From the NCBI GenBank assembly GCA_046301955.1, contig JBKCJE010000055.1, positions 1 to 50,947 on the forward strand: 50,947 nucleotides of DNA. Reading direction: 5' to 3'. Under the pieces are notes generated by a model. The model ran no database searches and had not been told where the DNA came from. It worked only from the letters and a program-made list of their open reading frames with translations. Below, one piece after another: positions 19,262 to 28,376 of the stretch. Each line of letters opens with the position of its first letter. Position 1 is the first letter of the stretch. The stretch comes from Bacteroidota bacterium (GTDB taxonomy: Bacteria; Bacteroidota; Bacteroidia; NS11-12g; UBA955). The position numbers and the translations under genes are program-made.

Positions 19262-21126
19262 CAGGTTGGGTTACTTTTACTGGGGCTCCCAAAGATCAGA
19301 TGCAACAGGTGGGAGAGCGGCTCGCAACGGAACTATTACACCGTGGTCCAGATGGCTATGGGATTGAGATTTTTGGTGAAATGCAGGGCAATGCTTTGCT
19401 TGTGCATCGCAGATTGTCAATTCTGGGTTTGGGAGTTGCAGGTTCTCAGCCCATGCTTAGTAACGACGGTCGATATGCCATCAGTTTCAACGGCGAGATT
19501 TATAATTATCTCGAATTGGCGGCCGAATACGGCCTGTCTAATTTGTCTGGAACGGATACGGAAATTTTATTGCAATTGTGGCAATTGCAGGGCGTGTCGG
19601 TTGTTGCCCAACTCGATGGTTTTTTTGCCATCGCGATATGGGATAACCTTGAGAAAACGTTGACATTGGTCAGGGATAGAACCGGTGTAAAACCCATTTA
19701 TTACTCGTTGAATGGTCAGGGGTTTTGGTTTTGTTCCGAGGAGTTTGCGTTGCTCAAAGCCATGGAATTGGTGGGTGAAAAGACGGCGGTAAACATGGAT
19801 TCTTTGCAAGCGCATTTCTCGCGAGGCGATAGTGATAGCAGGGATTTGTATGAAGGTATAAAAACATTGGGGGCTGGTGAATGTCTCGTTTGGAGTGAGT
19901 TGGCTGGATTGGAAATAAATGCATGGCATTCGGGCGAATACATCTGTTTGGATGATGAGGCCTGGGTTCAACGATTGGGGCTGAAAGAAGCGCCTTCGAC
20001 GTATTCTGATTTGTTGAGAGCGCAACTCAAATGGTCTATGAATAGGCGTTTGCGCAGCGATGTCCCCCTGGGTTTTGCGGTGAGCGGCGGTCTGGATTCG
20101 GCGGCTTTGGTGGGTTTAGCAAGAGAATTGTTGGGAAAAGAAGCCCATCTTCATGTGTTTTCAGTGATTTCTCCGGGCAGTGAGGCGGATGAAAGTGAGT
20201 ATCAGAAGCAAGTAGTGGCAGCCGTAGGCGGTATTTGGCATACTGTGGATGTGGCTGATTTAGACGCCCATGATTTAGAGCGATATATTAGAACTACCCA
20301 TCGAATTCCCGTTGCATGGAACAATATTGCGCACTTTGCTTTGTGTGAGAAAGTTCAAGAGGCGGGGGTGAAAGTGTTGTTTAACGGACAAGGTGCTGAT
20401 GAATTGTTTGGGGGATACCCACACTATTACAAAGCCGCGTTTTGCTCGGAAATGGTCAGTTTATGGCCCCATAGAAAAAAATGGCCCATTGATTTTTTCT
20501 CAGCAGGAAAGCAGTGGTTCAAATATTGGTTGGGGATTTTCAAGGGTCAGAAATACATAGATTGTGCTGATGTGCTGATGCGGGCCGATTATTATGGTCC
20601 GCGATTAAACCAGCTGTTGCGATATGAGGACCGCAATGGGATGGCTTGTGGACTTGAATCTCGCAATCCCTTTGCGGATAATTGTCTGATGGCGGATGCT
20701 TGGTTAAATGCTTGGGCGGATGATACAAATCGTTTGGAGGGATCTTTGTCGTCGAAATTGGTGAATGGATATTCCAAGGGGTATTTGCGCAAAGCGGTGG
20801 AGGGACTGGTGCCCGAATCTGTTCTGTGGCGGATAGATAAAAAAGGCTTTACTGTTCCGGCAGGGTCCAAGACTTTGTCGGCGTTGTTTCATTGGGAAAA
20901 GTGGATTCTGTCTAGCCGTTTGGATGGTGTTTCCGAGCGCGGGCAGCGCCAAAAGGCGCTGGCCCGCGCTCGGAAAATCGCGCAATCAAACGAAATTTAT
21001 GCACAGAAAACCATCACGCATCACCAACTAACCCCCAAAGAAGATGCCCTGCTAGCCCAACTCTTCCGGTGGGCAGCCGTAGGCTGTTTTCTTGAAATTC
21101 TACACCCCAATTCACCCCAATCATGA
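19249..21126 (+). CDS. asnB: Asparagine synthase-like glutamine amidotransferase, probably for glycan amidation
   Basis: MCGIAG, HRGPD, HRRLSI, FNGEIYN, RDRTGVKP, SGGLDS, GQGADELFGG; lies between GT4 and flippase genes. Confidence 0.9.
   Translation: MCGIAGWVTFTGAPKDQMQQVGERLATELLHRGPDGYGIEIFGEMQGNALLVHRRLSILGLGVAGSQPMLSNDGRYAISFNGEIYNYLELAAEYGLSNLSGTDTEILLQLWQLQGVSVVAQLDGFFAIAIWDNLEKTLTLVRDRTGVKPIYYSLNGQGFWFCSEEFALLKAMELVGEKTAVNMDSLQAHFSRGDSDSRDLYEGIKTLGAGECLVWSELAGLEINAWHSGEYICLDDEAWVQRLGLKEAPSTYSDLLRAQLKWSMNRRLRSDVPLGFAVSGGLDSAALVGLARELLGKEAHLHVFSVISPGSEADESEYQKQVVAAVGGIWHTVDVADLDAHDLERYIRTTHRIPVAWNNIAHFALCEKVQEAGVKVLFNGQGADELFGGYPHYYKAAFCSEMVSLWPHRKKWPIDFFSAGKQWFKYWLGIFKGQKYIDCADVLMRADYYGPRLNQLLRYEDRNGMACGLESRNPFADNCLMADAWLNAWADDTNRLEGSLSSKLVNGYSKGYLRKAVEGLVPESVLWRIDKKGFTVPAGSKTLSALFHWEKWILSSRLDGVSERGQRQKALARARKIAQSNEIYAQKTITHHQLTPKEDALLAQLFRWAAVGCFLEILHPNSPQS
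20930..20976. repeat. Intragenic hairpin: 21-bp stem, one bulge, AAAA loop
   Basis: TTTCCGAGCGCGGGCAGCGCC-AAAA-GGCGCTGGCCCGCGCTCGGAAA within asnB. Confidence 0.9.
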
Positions 21127-22520
21127 GGCAAACCGACGGTGGACCCATAAAAACCTTCCTCTGGCAGTTGGCAAAAGCCATGCTCGCCGCCATAGTGGTG
21201 ATTGTCTACTCGAGGGGTATGGGTGCATACGGACGGGGAGCACTGTCTATTCTTCTGCTCAATCTGCAGTTGTTACTCATGGTGAGCGAACTCTTTGCAG
21301 GAGGCGCCCTGGCAAATTTGCTGTCGAAATATCCCGCAAAACGAATCCTACCCAGTGCGTGGCTCTTTTTGTTGTTGGTGCTTATCATTGGTTACGTTGT
21401 TGGTTGGTTTGGTTACGTACTGCCCAATCAAGGCAACTTGCCCCTGAATTTTGATCACCCCAATATCATCATTCTCAATTTGCTCTTCTTTCAGGGCTTG
21501 TTTCTGGGGTCTTTGGGGATTCAATTCAATATCTATCAAGCGAAAGGCTGGGTGCAGCAGCGCAACAAATTACAAGTGGCCTTAGAAGCACTGAAACTGT
21601 TGGGTGTTGCCTTGTGTTTTGAGGCTATGTACGGATTCGTTTTTCCCAGGATTGACGCAATAGAATTGTCCAGGAAATCAGCCATTCAAGTTCCCATCGA
21701 CCAAACCATCCATTATATTGGTGGGTTCAATGAAACAGCGGTGCTTTGGATCCTTGTGTACGCCTCCGGTCTGGTGTGTTTGGTTTCTTTGGGCGTTGTA
21801 TTGAAACAAACCGGCGGGGTGTCTACAAGTGGAAAAGACATCATCGGCGAGGACAATTCCATCCGGCCGCCCAAGGAAATGTTCTCCAGCGGGTTTATGT
21901 CGCAAATCGGACATATTTTGTTGTTTTTACTGTATCGCTTGCCCCTGTGGTGGATCGCCGCCGAGTTTGGCAATGCTGAAGCCGGGGTTTTGGCCAATGC
22001 GCTCCTAATGGCGGATACGATTTGGATTTTTGGCAACTCCTTCGGGACCATTTTGCATTCACGCATGCTGCGTTGGGGTGCGCGCAAATCGAAATTCGGA
22101 AAGTTGTTGGGTATGTATGTTTTGGTTTCTGGCTTGGGGACGTTGGTTGCCATCTTGATGGCTTTGCTGCTCCCGCCGTCACTCTATGTTTGGGTATTTG
22201 GCAGCACGTTCTTCGGTTTGAAAGAGACCTTTGCTTTAATATCGCCTGCCGTCTTGTTTTTGGGGCTTTCGGCGCCTATCGGACATTACCTTCACGCACA
22301 GAATCGGTTTAAAGAACTTATCGTAAGCTATGGATTGTCTGTATTGGTGCTATTTCTTTGCTGGCAGGGAGTGGATGTGTTTATTTCTCACGAGGCTATT
22401 GGATACCACAACAGTGAATCATTACAATTTATGGATCACGTTATGTTGAACGCTAGGCAACATTTTGGCAAATTGATGGCGGTGAATATGGCGTTTTTTG
22501 TCCTCTTATTGTCTAATTAA
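21123..22520 (+). CDS. Wzx-like polysaccharide flippase (MOP/MATE superfamily); frame continues past the TAA to 22601
   Basis: Many TM helices, SRGMGAYGRG, LLYRLPLWWI...GNAEAG, VFGSTF. Confidence 0.75.
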   Translation: MRQTDGGPIKTFLWQLAKAMLAAIVVIVYSRGMGAYGRGALSILLLNLQLLLMVSELFAGGALANLLSKYPAKRILPSAWLFLLLVLIIGYVVGWFGYVLPNQGNLPLNFDHPNIIILNLLFFQGLFLGSLGIQFNIYQAKGWVQQRNKLQVALEALKLLGVALCFEAMYGFVFPRIDAIELSRKSAIQVPIDQTIHYIGGFNETAVLWILVYASGLVCLVSLGVVLKQTGGVSTSGKDIIGEDNSIRPPKEMFSSGFMSQIGHILLFLLYRLPLWWIAAEFGNAEAGVLANALLMADTIWIFGNSFGTILHSRMLRWGARKSKFGKLLGMYVLVSGLGTLVAILMALLLPPSLYVWVFGSTFFGLKETFALISPAVLFLGLSAPIGHYLHAQNRFKELIVSYGLSVLVLFLCWQGVDVFISHEAIGYHNSESLQFMDHVMLNARQHFGKLMAVNMAFFVLLLSN

Positions 22521-22668
22521 TTGCAGGTGAGAAAAGATATTCAATGGCAAGGTATCTCTTTTGTTATGAGGTATTTCGGGCAGCGTCGATTGGCCAAATA
22601 AACGGCCCTTATTGTATACTATTTGGAACAATCCCCCCATCTGTTGAGTGAACTAAAAGGATAAGTCC

Positions 22669-22676
22669 TATTTTTG
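22669..22676 (+). promoter_or_regulatory. -7 element TATTTTTG for gdh-psd
   Basis: Exact consensus followed by an A-rich 27-nt stretch to ATG 22704. Confidence 0.6.
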
Positions 22677-22703
22677 CCTCACTTAACGTAATAACAGACC
22701 ATT

Positions 22704-23978
22704 ATGTCAACCCCTAACAACGGTGGAACTCCAAGATACAATCCGCTTGAGAGCATGCAGAGACGCTTCGATGAGGCGAAAGAGAAATTAGGATTGGACG
22801 ATCAATTTGCGAATGTTTTGCGTGTCCCCGATAAAGTGGTGGCAGCGAATATTCCAGTAACCATGGATGACGGCACGATTCGTGTTTTTGAAGCGTACCG
22901 CGTTGTTCACAGCGTGCATTTGGGTCCTTCAAAAGGCGGTATACGCTACAGTATGGATGTTCATTTGGACGAGGTGAAGGCCTTGGCTGCCTGGATGACA
23001 TGGAAGTGCGCGGTTGTAAACGTTCCTTATGGCGGTGCAAAAGGGGGTATAAAATGCGATCCACGCAGCATGAGCAAAGGTGAGTTGGAGCGTTTGACCC
23101 GTGGATATACCTTGGCGATGCGCAACGTATTCGGCCCAGACAAAGATATTCCTGCGCCCGATATGGGCACCAGCGCCCAAGAAATGGCCTGGATTGTGGA
23201 TGAGTTTTCAAAAATTTCTGGCCACACTGCCTATGCCGTAGTTACCGGCAAGCCCTTGGTTTTGGGCGGTAGCTTGGGTCGTGTTGAAGCAACAGGTCGT
23301 GGCGTGATGGTGAGCACCCGCAGTGCGATGGCGAAATTGGGTTTGAACCCAACCAGCACAACTTGTGTAGTGCAAGGTTTTGGTAATGTTGGAAGTATTT
23401 CAGCGAAATTGATCGCCCAGTTGGGTGTGAAAATTGTGGCCATCTCTGATGTGACTGGAGGATATTACAACCCAGAAGGAATTGATGTAAACGCTGCCAT
23501 CGCTTATGTAGCGAACAGCGAGAGCAGAAGTTTGGATGGTTATACTGGCGGAAGCAAAGTAACCAATGCTGAGCTGTTGGAGTTGCCATGCGATATTTTG
23601 GTGCCTGCTGCCATGGAAGATCAAATCACACCGGAGAATGCTTCGCGCATCAAGGCGAAAATGATTGTTGAAGGTGCTAACGGACCAACAACGGCTGAAG
23701 CCGATTCGATTTTGAACGAAAAAGGCATTTTGGTGGTTCCTGATATTTTGGCCAATGCTGGTGGTGTTACCGTTTCTTATTTTGAGTGGGTACAGAACCG
23801 TTTGGGTTACTATTGGACAGAAGAGCGTGTGAACCGTCGTGCAGACCGTGCGATGAAACAGGCGTTCGATAATGTATATGCTACTGCAGAGAAGTATGGA
23901 GTGAACATGCGTATCGCTGCTTACATCGTGGCTTTGGATAAAGTTGCGAGTACGTTGAAATTGAGAGGGTCTTTCTAA
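22704..23978 (+). CDS. gdhA: Glutamate dehydrogenase (Glu/Leu/Phe/Val family)
   Basis: GPSKGGIRY, MTWKCA, GGAKGG, DIPAPD, VVTGKP, QGFGNVG, EGANGP, NAGGVTVSYFEW. Confidence 0.95.
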   Translation: MSTPNNGGTPRYNPLESMQRRFDEAKEKLGLDDQFANVLRVPDKVVAANIPVTMDDGTIRVFEAYRVVHSVHLGPSKGGIRYSMDVHLDEVKALAAWMTWKCAVVNVPYGGAKGGIKCDPRSMSKGELERLTRGYTLAMRNVFGPDKDIPAPDMGTSAQEMAWIVDEFSKISGHTAYAVVTGKPLVLGGSLGRVEATGRGVMVSTRSAMAKLGLNPTSTTCVVQGFGNVGSISAKLIAQLGVKIVAISDVTGGYYNPEGIDVNAAIAYVANSESRSLDGYTGGSKVTNAELLELPCDILVPAAMEDQITPENASRIKAKMIVEGANGPTTAEADSILNEKGILVVPDILANAGGVTVSYFEWVQNRLGYYWTEERVNRRADRAMKQAFDNVYATAEKYGVNMRIAAYIVALDKVASTLKLRGSF

Positions 23979-23979
23979 G

Positions 23980-24630
23980 ATGAGGTTACACAGAGAAGGA
24001 TTTACCATCATATTTGTAACCACTTTGGTCTTGGCAATCTTGAACTTTGGTGTTCAATGGATGCTGGGCGAAGGTTTGGTCTCCCAGATTATTCTGGGAT
24101 TGTCGCTGTTTTTCTTTATCATGGTTGTGCAGTTTTTTCGCAACCCTTCAAGGACGACTCCAAAAGGCGAGGGTTTGATTATTGCGCCTGCCGATGGCAA
24201 AGTGGTGGTGATTGAAAACGTTGAAGAAGGAGAGTACTTTAAAGACCAGCGCAAACAAGTTTCGATTTTCATGTCGCCCGTGAATGTTCACGTGAACAGG
24301 GCGCCAGTTACCGGTAAGGTGTTGTATCAGAAATATTTTCCTGGAAAGTACTTGGTGGCATGGCATCCCAAAAGTAGCACGGAGAACGAGCGCACCACTG
24401 TGGTGATGGAGGAGAATGGGAAACAAATCTTATTCCGACAGATTGCCGGCGCATTGGCCCGTAGGATTGTGTGTTATGCAAAGCCCGGACAATCGTATGA
24501 AAAAGGCGATGAGTATGGATTCATCAAGTTTGGCTCTCGCATTGATTTGTATCTGCCGGTGGATGCTGAGATTTTAGTGGAATTAGACCAAAAAACTGTA
24601 GGGGGAGAGACCGTTATTGCCAAGTGGTAA
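23980..24630 (+). CDS. psd: Phosphatidylserine decarboxylase proenzyme (short type)
   Basis: FFRNP, APADGKVV, SIFMS..NVHVNRAP, ENER, QIAGALARRI, IKFGSR self-cleavage motif. Confidence 0.94.
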   Translation: MRLHREGFTIIFVTTLVLAILNFGVQWMLGEGLVSQIILGLSLFFFIMVVQFFRNPSRTTPKGEGLIIAPADGKVVVIENVEEGEYFKDQRKQVSIFMSPVNVHVNRAPVTGKVLYQKYFPGKYLVAWHPKSSTENERTTVVMEENGKQILFRQIAGALARRIVCYAKPGQSYEKGDEYGFIKFGSRIDLYLPVDAEILVELDQKTVGGETVIAKW

Positions 24631-24646
24631 TTTACATTTTGTTTTG

Positions 24647-24654
24647 TATCTTTG
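24647..24654 (+). promoter_or_regulatory. -7 element TATCTTTG
   Basis: Exact consensus 18 nt before ATG 24673. Confidence 0.65.
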
Positions 24655-24672
24655 TATTAATCGATAAAAATC

Positions 24673-25101
24673 ATGAAAAAAATCATTGCTTTTGGATTGT
24701 TGATTGCGGGATTTGCAATCGCTTCTCAGGCCCAAACTGCGGCCGAAACTGCCAATAATACACCTGCCATCGAAGTAGCACAGGTGGCTCCTGCCACTGC
24801 GGTTGCTCCAACCAAAGCCTGCTGCAAAAAAGAAGGTGCTGCTGCTGGATGCAGCAAAGCGGGTGCTGCCAACGGTGAAGTAAAGGCTTGTTGCAAGAAA
24901 GAAGGTTCAGCGGCTTCTGCTTCTGTATCTGCTCCCAAAGCGGCTTGCGCTGGTGCTTCTGCTGAGCATAAGTGTGGTGGCCATGGTGATGCCGCTGCTT
25001 CAGCATCTGCTGTTGCCGCTCCAATCGCTGCCCCTGGTGCTGCTCCCGTGAAGAAAGCATGCGCTGGTGCCGCGGAAGGTAAGCCTTGCTGCAAGAAGTA
25101 A
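24673..25101 (+). CDS. Secreted Ala/Lys/Cys-rich low-complexity protein
   Basis: Signal peptide MKKIIAFGLLIAGFAIASQA, KACCKKEG twice, terminal PCCKK, 10 Cys; has its own promoter and terminator. Confidence 0.8.
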   Translation: MKKIIAFGLLIAGFAIASQAQTAAETANNTPAIEVAQVAPATAVAPTKACCKKEGAAAGCSKAGAANGEVKACCKKEGSAASASVSAPKAACAGASAEHKCGGHGDAAASASAVAAPIAAPGAAPVKKACAGAAEGKPCCKK

Positions 25102-25130
25102 TCTTCTTGCCCTTTAATAGAAACAACCTG

Positions 25131-25172
25131 ATTTGGGTGTTTGCCAATTTGGTAGACACCCAAATTTATTTT
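25131..25172 (+). terminator. Intrinsic terminator
   Basis: ATTTGGGTGTTTGCCA / TGGTAGACACCCAAAT 16-bp stem (two G-U) followed by TTATTTT. Confidence 0.7.
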
Positions 25173-25231
25173 GGGGGAGGTGTGATATTCCCTCTGCCAT
25201 TTGGCTTCTGTGTTGTTCCTTTGTAGTTGCG

Positions 25232-26128
25232 ATGGACAAAGGATTTCGGAGAATCGCTTTCACGATCATGGGGCTTACAGCCTTAACGGTGATTTCGGTG
25301 GGTGTTTACCTATGGTACAATTTTAATGCCCGTAGCCGCTTGGTGCTTGTGGTGCCTTCAACGGCGCAGTGGTTTTTGCATGTACAAACGAAATTGTTGC
25401 GAGGCGATTTTTCAGCATCAACAACGGCCCCTGAAGGTATCGATGTGCTCAGAAAAACGGTAGCCGCATTGCCCATCTTTCAAGGGATGAAAGACGCTGG
25501 CGAACCTGGTATCGCCTTGTATTCAGATGTGGTGTCGTTTGGGATGCCGGAAGGACAATTTTTGGCCTTGTCGATTACTTCTGAAGAGAGGTTTAAAACG
25601 TTCATGAAATCGCTCAAAAAGCGAAATTTGCTGAAAGGCGGAATTGATAAGGGGCGATATTTCTATGCGGAATTTCCATCGGGGAAGGCGTATGTGGCTT
25701 TCAAATACAAGGCATTGGTAATTTTTAAACCGGGTGATTCTCGTTGTGATTACCATGTGGCGGAAAGCGCATTCGATCAAGTTTTTGCAGAGAAGACCCA
25801 CACGATGATGCAGAATTCAACGGTACAGGCATTGTACGAGGATGAGCCAGAGGTGGTGTTTTACTCATCAGCTCCGGCGTTTGGATTGTCGCAATCATTG
25901 GATTTTCCTACGATAAACAACGAGCAGGCGGTTAGTAGTTATGTGAAATTTGCCTACCCCGGAAAGAAGGGGGAATTACCTGTTTCTCCATTGATGTTGG
26001 TTGCCAAAGCGGGCTATCCCATAGAATTGGAGAAGAGTATCGACAAAGAAAATCGAATGACGGCCCAAACCGCTTTGGATTTGATGGCGAAAATATTGGA
26101 CTTAAAAATACGAGAAATAGCGAAATGA
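25232..26128 (+). CDS. Hypothetical membrane-anchored protein
   Basis: One N-terminal TM ([22 protein letters not shown]); ATGA overlap with the next gene; start refined from 25133. Confidence 0.65.
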   Translation: MDKGFRRIAFTIMGLTALTVISVGVYLWYNFNARSRLVLVVPSTAQWFLHVQTKLLRGDFSASTTAPEGIDVLRKTVAALPIFQGMKDAGEPGIALYSDVVSFGMPEGQFLALSITSEERFKTFMKSLKKRNLLKGGIDKGRYFYAEFPSGKAYVAFKYKALVIFKPGDSRCDYHVAESAFDQVFAEKTHTMMQNSTVQALYEDEPEVVFYSSAPAFGLSQSLDFPTINNEQAVSSYVKFAYPGKKGELPVSPLMLVAKAGYPIELEKSIDKENRMTAQTALDLMAKILDLKIREIAK

Positions 26129-27135
26129 ATATACAAGATCACCTTAAGGAACGGATCATGATCATCGATGGGGCCATGGGCACGATGATTCAAAAACACA
26201 AATTGTCGGAGGCCGATTATCGGGGCGAGCGGTTTGCCGATTTTGAGCATCCATTGCAGGGGAATAACGACTTGTTGGTGTTGACTCAGCCACAAATTAT
26301 TTTGGATATTCACAAGCAATTTTTGGCGGCGGGTGCGGATATTTTGGAGACCAATACGTTCAATGCCAATGCCATTTCGATGTTGGATTACCACATGGTG
26401 GATTTGGTGAAAGAATTGAATACGGCGGCGGCCGCGCTTGCGCTGGCCGCCGCCGCAGAATATACCGCCCTAGATCCCTCAAAACCGAGGTATGTGGCGG
26501 GTTCTATCGGACCTACCAACAAAACAGCCAGTCTATCGCCCGATGTCAATAACCCCGGGTACAGAGCGGTCTCTTTCGATGAACTCGTAACCTGTTATAC
26601 AGAACAAACCGAAGCCTTGCTCGATGCCGGTGTGCACCTGATTTTGGTGGAGACAGTGTTCGATACGCTCAATTGTAAAGCTGCCTTGTTTGCCATCAAT
26701 ACAGTGAAAGAACAGCGCGGCATTGATATCCCCGTGATGGTAAGCGGTACCATTACTGATAATTCAGGTAGAACGCTCAGCGGACAAACGGCGGAGGCTT
26801 TTTGGATTTCTATATCGCACGGAAACCTCATGAGTGTGGGCTTGAATTGTGCGTTAGGAGCGCCTCAAATGCGTCCGTTTATTGAAGAAATGGCCCGTGT
26901 AGCTTGGGTGCCGATTAGTTGTTATCCCAACGCCGGGTTGCCCAATGAATTTGGTGAGTACGATGATACCCCAGAAGGCATGGCCGCCGTTTTGGAGGAC
27001 TGGTGTAAGCTAGGGTGGGTGAATATTGTGGGTGGCTGCTGCGGTACCACACCCGATCATATTCGCGCCATCGCTCAAGCCGCTGCAAAATACCCGCCAA
27101 GGCCTATTCCTTCAGTTGCTCAAGTGTCGGTTTGA
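26125..27135 (+). CDS. metH: Homocysteine S-methyltransferase domain (N-terminal part of a split MetH)
   Basis: [63 protein letters not shown]; stops after the Hcy domain. Confidence 0.92.
   Translation: MNIQDHLKERIMIIDGAMGTMIQKHKLSEADYRGERFADFEHPLQGNNDLLVLTQPQIILDIHKQFLAAGADILETNTFNANAISMLDYHMVDLVKELNTAAAALALAAAAEYTALDPSKPRYVAGSIGPTNKTASLSPDVNNPGYRAVSFDELVTCYTEQTEALLDAGVHLILVETVFDTLNCKAALFAINTVKEQRGIDIPVMVSGTITDNSGRTLSGQTAEAFWISISHGNLMSVGLNCALGAPQMRPFIEEMARVAWVPISCYPNAGLPNEFGEYDDTPEGMAAVLEDWCKLGWVNIVGGCCGTTPDHIRAIAQAAAKYPPRPIPSVAQVSV
26423..26455. repeat. Intragenic all-GC quasi-palindrome
   Basis: CGGCGGCGGCC-GCGC-TT-GCGC-T-GGCCGCCGCCG within metH-N. Confidence 0.75.
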
Positions 27136-27171
27136 CACTTCTAAAAACGATTTTTTTATCTTAAATCTCCG

Positions 27172-27179
27172 TATCTTTG
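27172..27179 (+). promoter_or_regulatory. -7 element TATCTTTG
   Basis: Exact consensus 10 nt before ATG 27190. Confidence 0.7.
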
Positions 27180-27189
27180 CACCATTATC

Positions 27190-28290
27190 ATGGCTGACGT
27201 TCAAACTCAGAATTTGCCTGCAACATCATTTGATTTATTTGCAGGCCTAGAATCTACAAATCACGAACAAATCGTATTTTGTCAAGATCACGCAACTGGA
27301 CTTAAGGCAATCATTGCCATTCACAACACTGTATTGGGCCCAGGCCTAGGAGGTACCCGATTTTGGCACTATGCCCACGAGAAGGACGCCATCCGCGATG
27401 CGATGCGTTTGTCGCGCGGTATGACATACAAAGCCTCGGTGGCAGGGTTGAATTTGGGCGGAGCGAAAGCAGTCATTATTGGTGATCCCAAAATGAAGTC
27501 TGAGGCCTTGATGCGCAAATTCGGTCGCTTCGTAGAGAACCTTAACGGTAAATACATTACTGCAGAGGACGTGGGAACTACTACCCGCGACATGGAGTAT
27601 GTGAACATGGAAACCGATCACGTTGTGGGTTTGCCTGAGAGCATGGGTGGGGGTGGAGATCCATCGCCAGTAACCGCTTATGGTACTTACATGGGTATCA
27701 AGGCTTCTGCCAAACAGGCTTGGGGCAATGATAGCTTATCAGGGAAGTCTGCTGCCGTAATGGGTATCGGAAAAGTGGGTATGCACTTGTTGGAATATTT
27801 GCACAAAGAAGGCGTGAAGTTGTATGTGGCTGATATCAATGATTCAGCATTGCAAGCTGCGGCTAGTCAATTCGGTGCTACCATTGTAAGTGGCGAAGAG
27901 ATGATTGGTTTGGACGTAGATATTTTTGCTCCTTGCGCTTTGGGTGGAATCATCAACGATGCTACCTTGCCAAAGTTGAAGTGTGCGATTGTTGCTGGTG
28001 CTGCCAACAACCAATTGGAAGACGAGAAAATTCACGGCGATGCATTGAAGGCCAAGGGAATTATTTATGCCCCTGACTTTGTGATCAATGCCGGTGGATT
28101 GATTAACGTATACTCTGAGTACAACGGATATGTTCGTGAAAACGCCATGTCTCAAACTGAGAATATCTACAACACCATCTTGGAAATCTACAAGAAATCT
28201 GAGCGTGAAAATGTAAATAACCAGCAAGCTGCCATCTTGCATGCCGAAAAGCGCATTCACGATATGATGTTGGTTCACAGCACCTATTAA
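27190..28290 (+). CDS. Leucine (branched-chain/aromatic amino acid) dehydrogenase
   Basis: HEQIVFC, IAIHNTVLGP, GMTYK, GGAKAVI, YITAEDVGT, GDPSPVTA, APCALGG, GAANNQL, NAGG. Confidence 0.93.
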   Translation: MADVQTQNLPATSFDLFAGLESTNHEQIVFCQDHATGLKAIIAIHNTVLGPGLGGTRFWHYAHEKDAIRDAMRLSRGMTYKASVAGLNLGGAKAVIIGDPKMKSEALMRKFGRFVENLNGKYITAEDVGTTTRDMEYVNMETDHVVGLPESMGGGGDPSPVTAYGTYMGIKASAKQAWGNDSLSGKSAAVMGIGKVGMHLLEYLHKEGVKLYVADINDSALQAAASQFGATIVSGEEMIGLDVDIFAPCALGGIINDATLPKLKCAIVAGAANNQLEDEKIHGDALKAKGIIYAPDFVINAGGLINVYSEYNGYVRENAMSQTENIYNTILEIYKKSERENVNNQQAAILHAEKRIHDMMLVHSTY

Positions 28291-28327
28291 TTGAAATTAC
28301 TTCCTCGGTTTGAGGAAAAAGAGATAG

Positions 28328-28362
28328 GGGGCGGCAATCGTGAGATTGCCGCCCCTTTTTTT
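28328..28362 (+). terminator. Intrinsic terminator
   Basis: GGGGCGGCAATC-GTGA-GATTGCCGCCCC followed by T7. Confidence 0.9.
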
Positions 28363-28364
28363 AT

Positions 28365-28372
28365 TAACTTCG
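28365..28372 (+). promoter_or_regulatory. -7 element TAACTTCG, 4 nt before ATG 28377
   Basis: Near-consensus, directly after a terminator, so the gene needs its own promoter. Confidence 0.6.
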
Positions 28373-28376
28373 CCAC

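Noticed and set aside
17801-22601. Genomic island integrated at tRNA-His
   Set aside because: The glycan genes lie on the 5' side of the tRNA; no integrase and no duplicated tRNA 3' end were seen.
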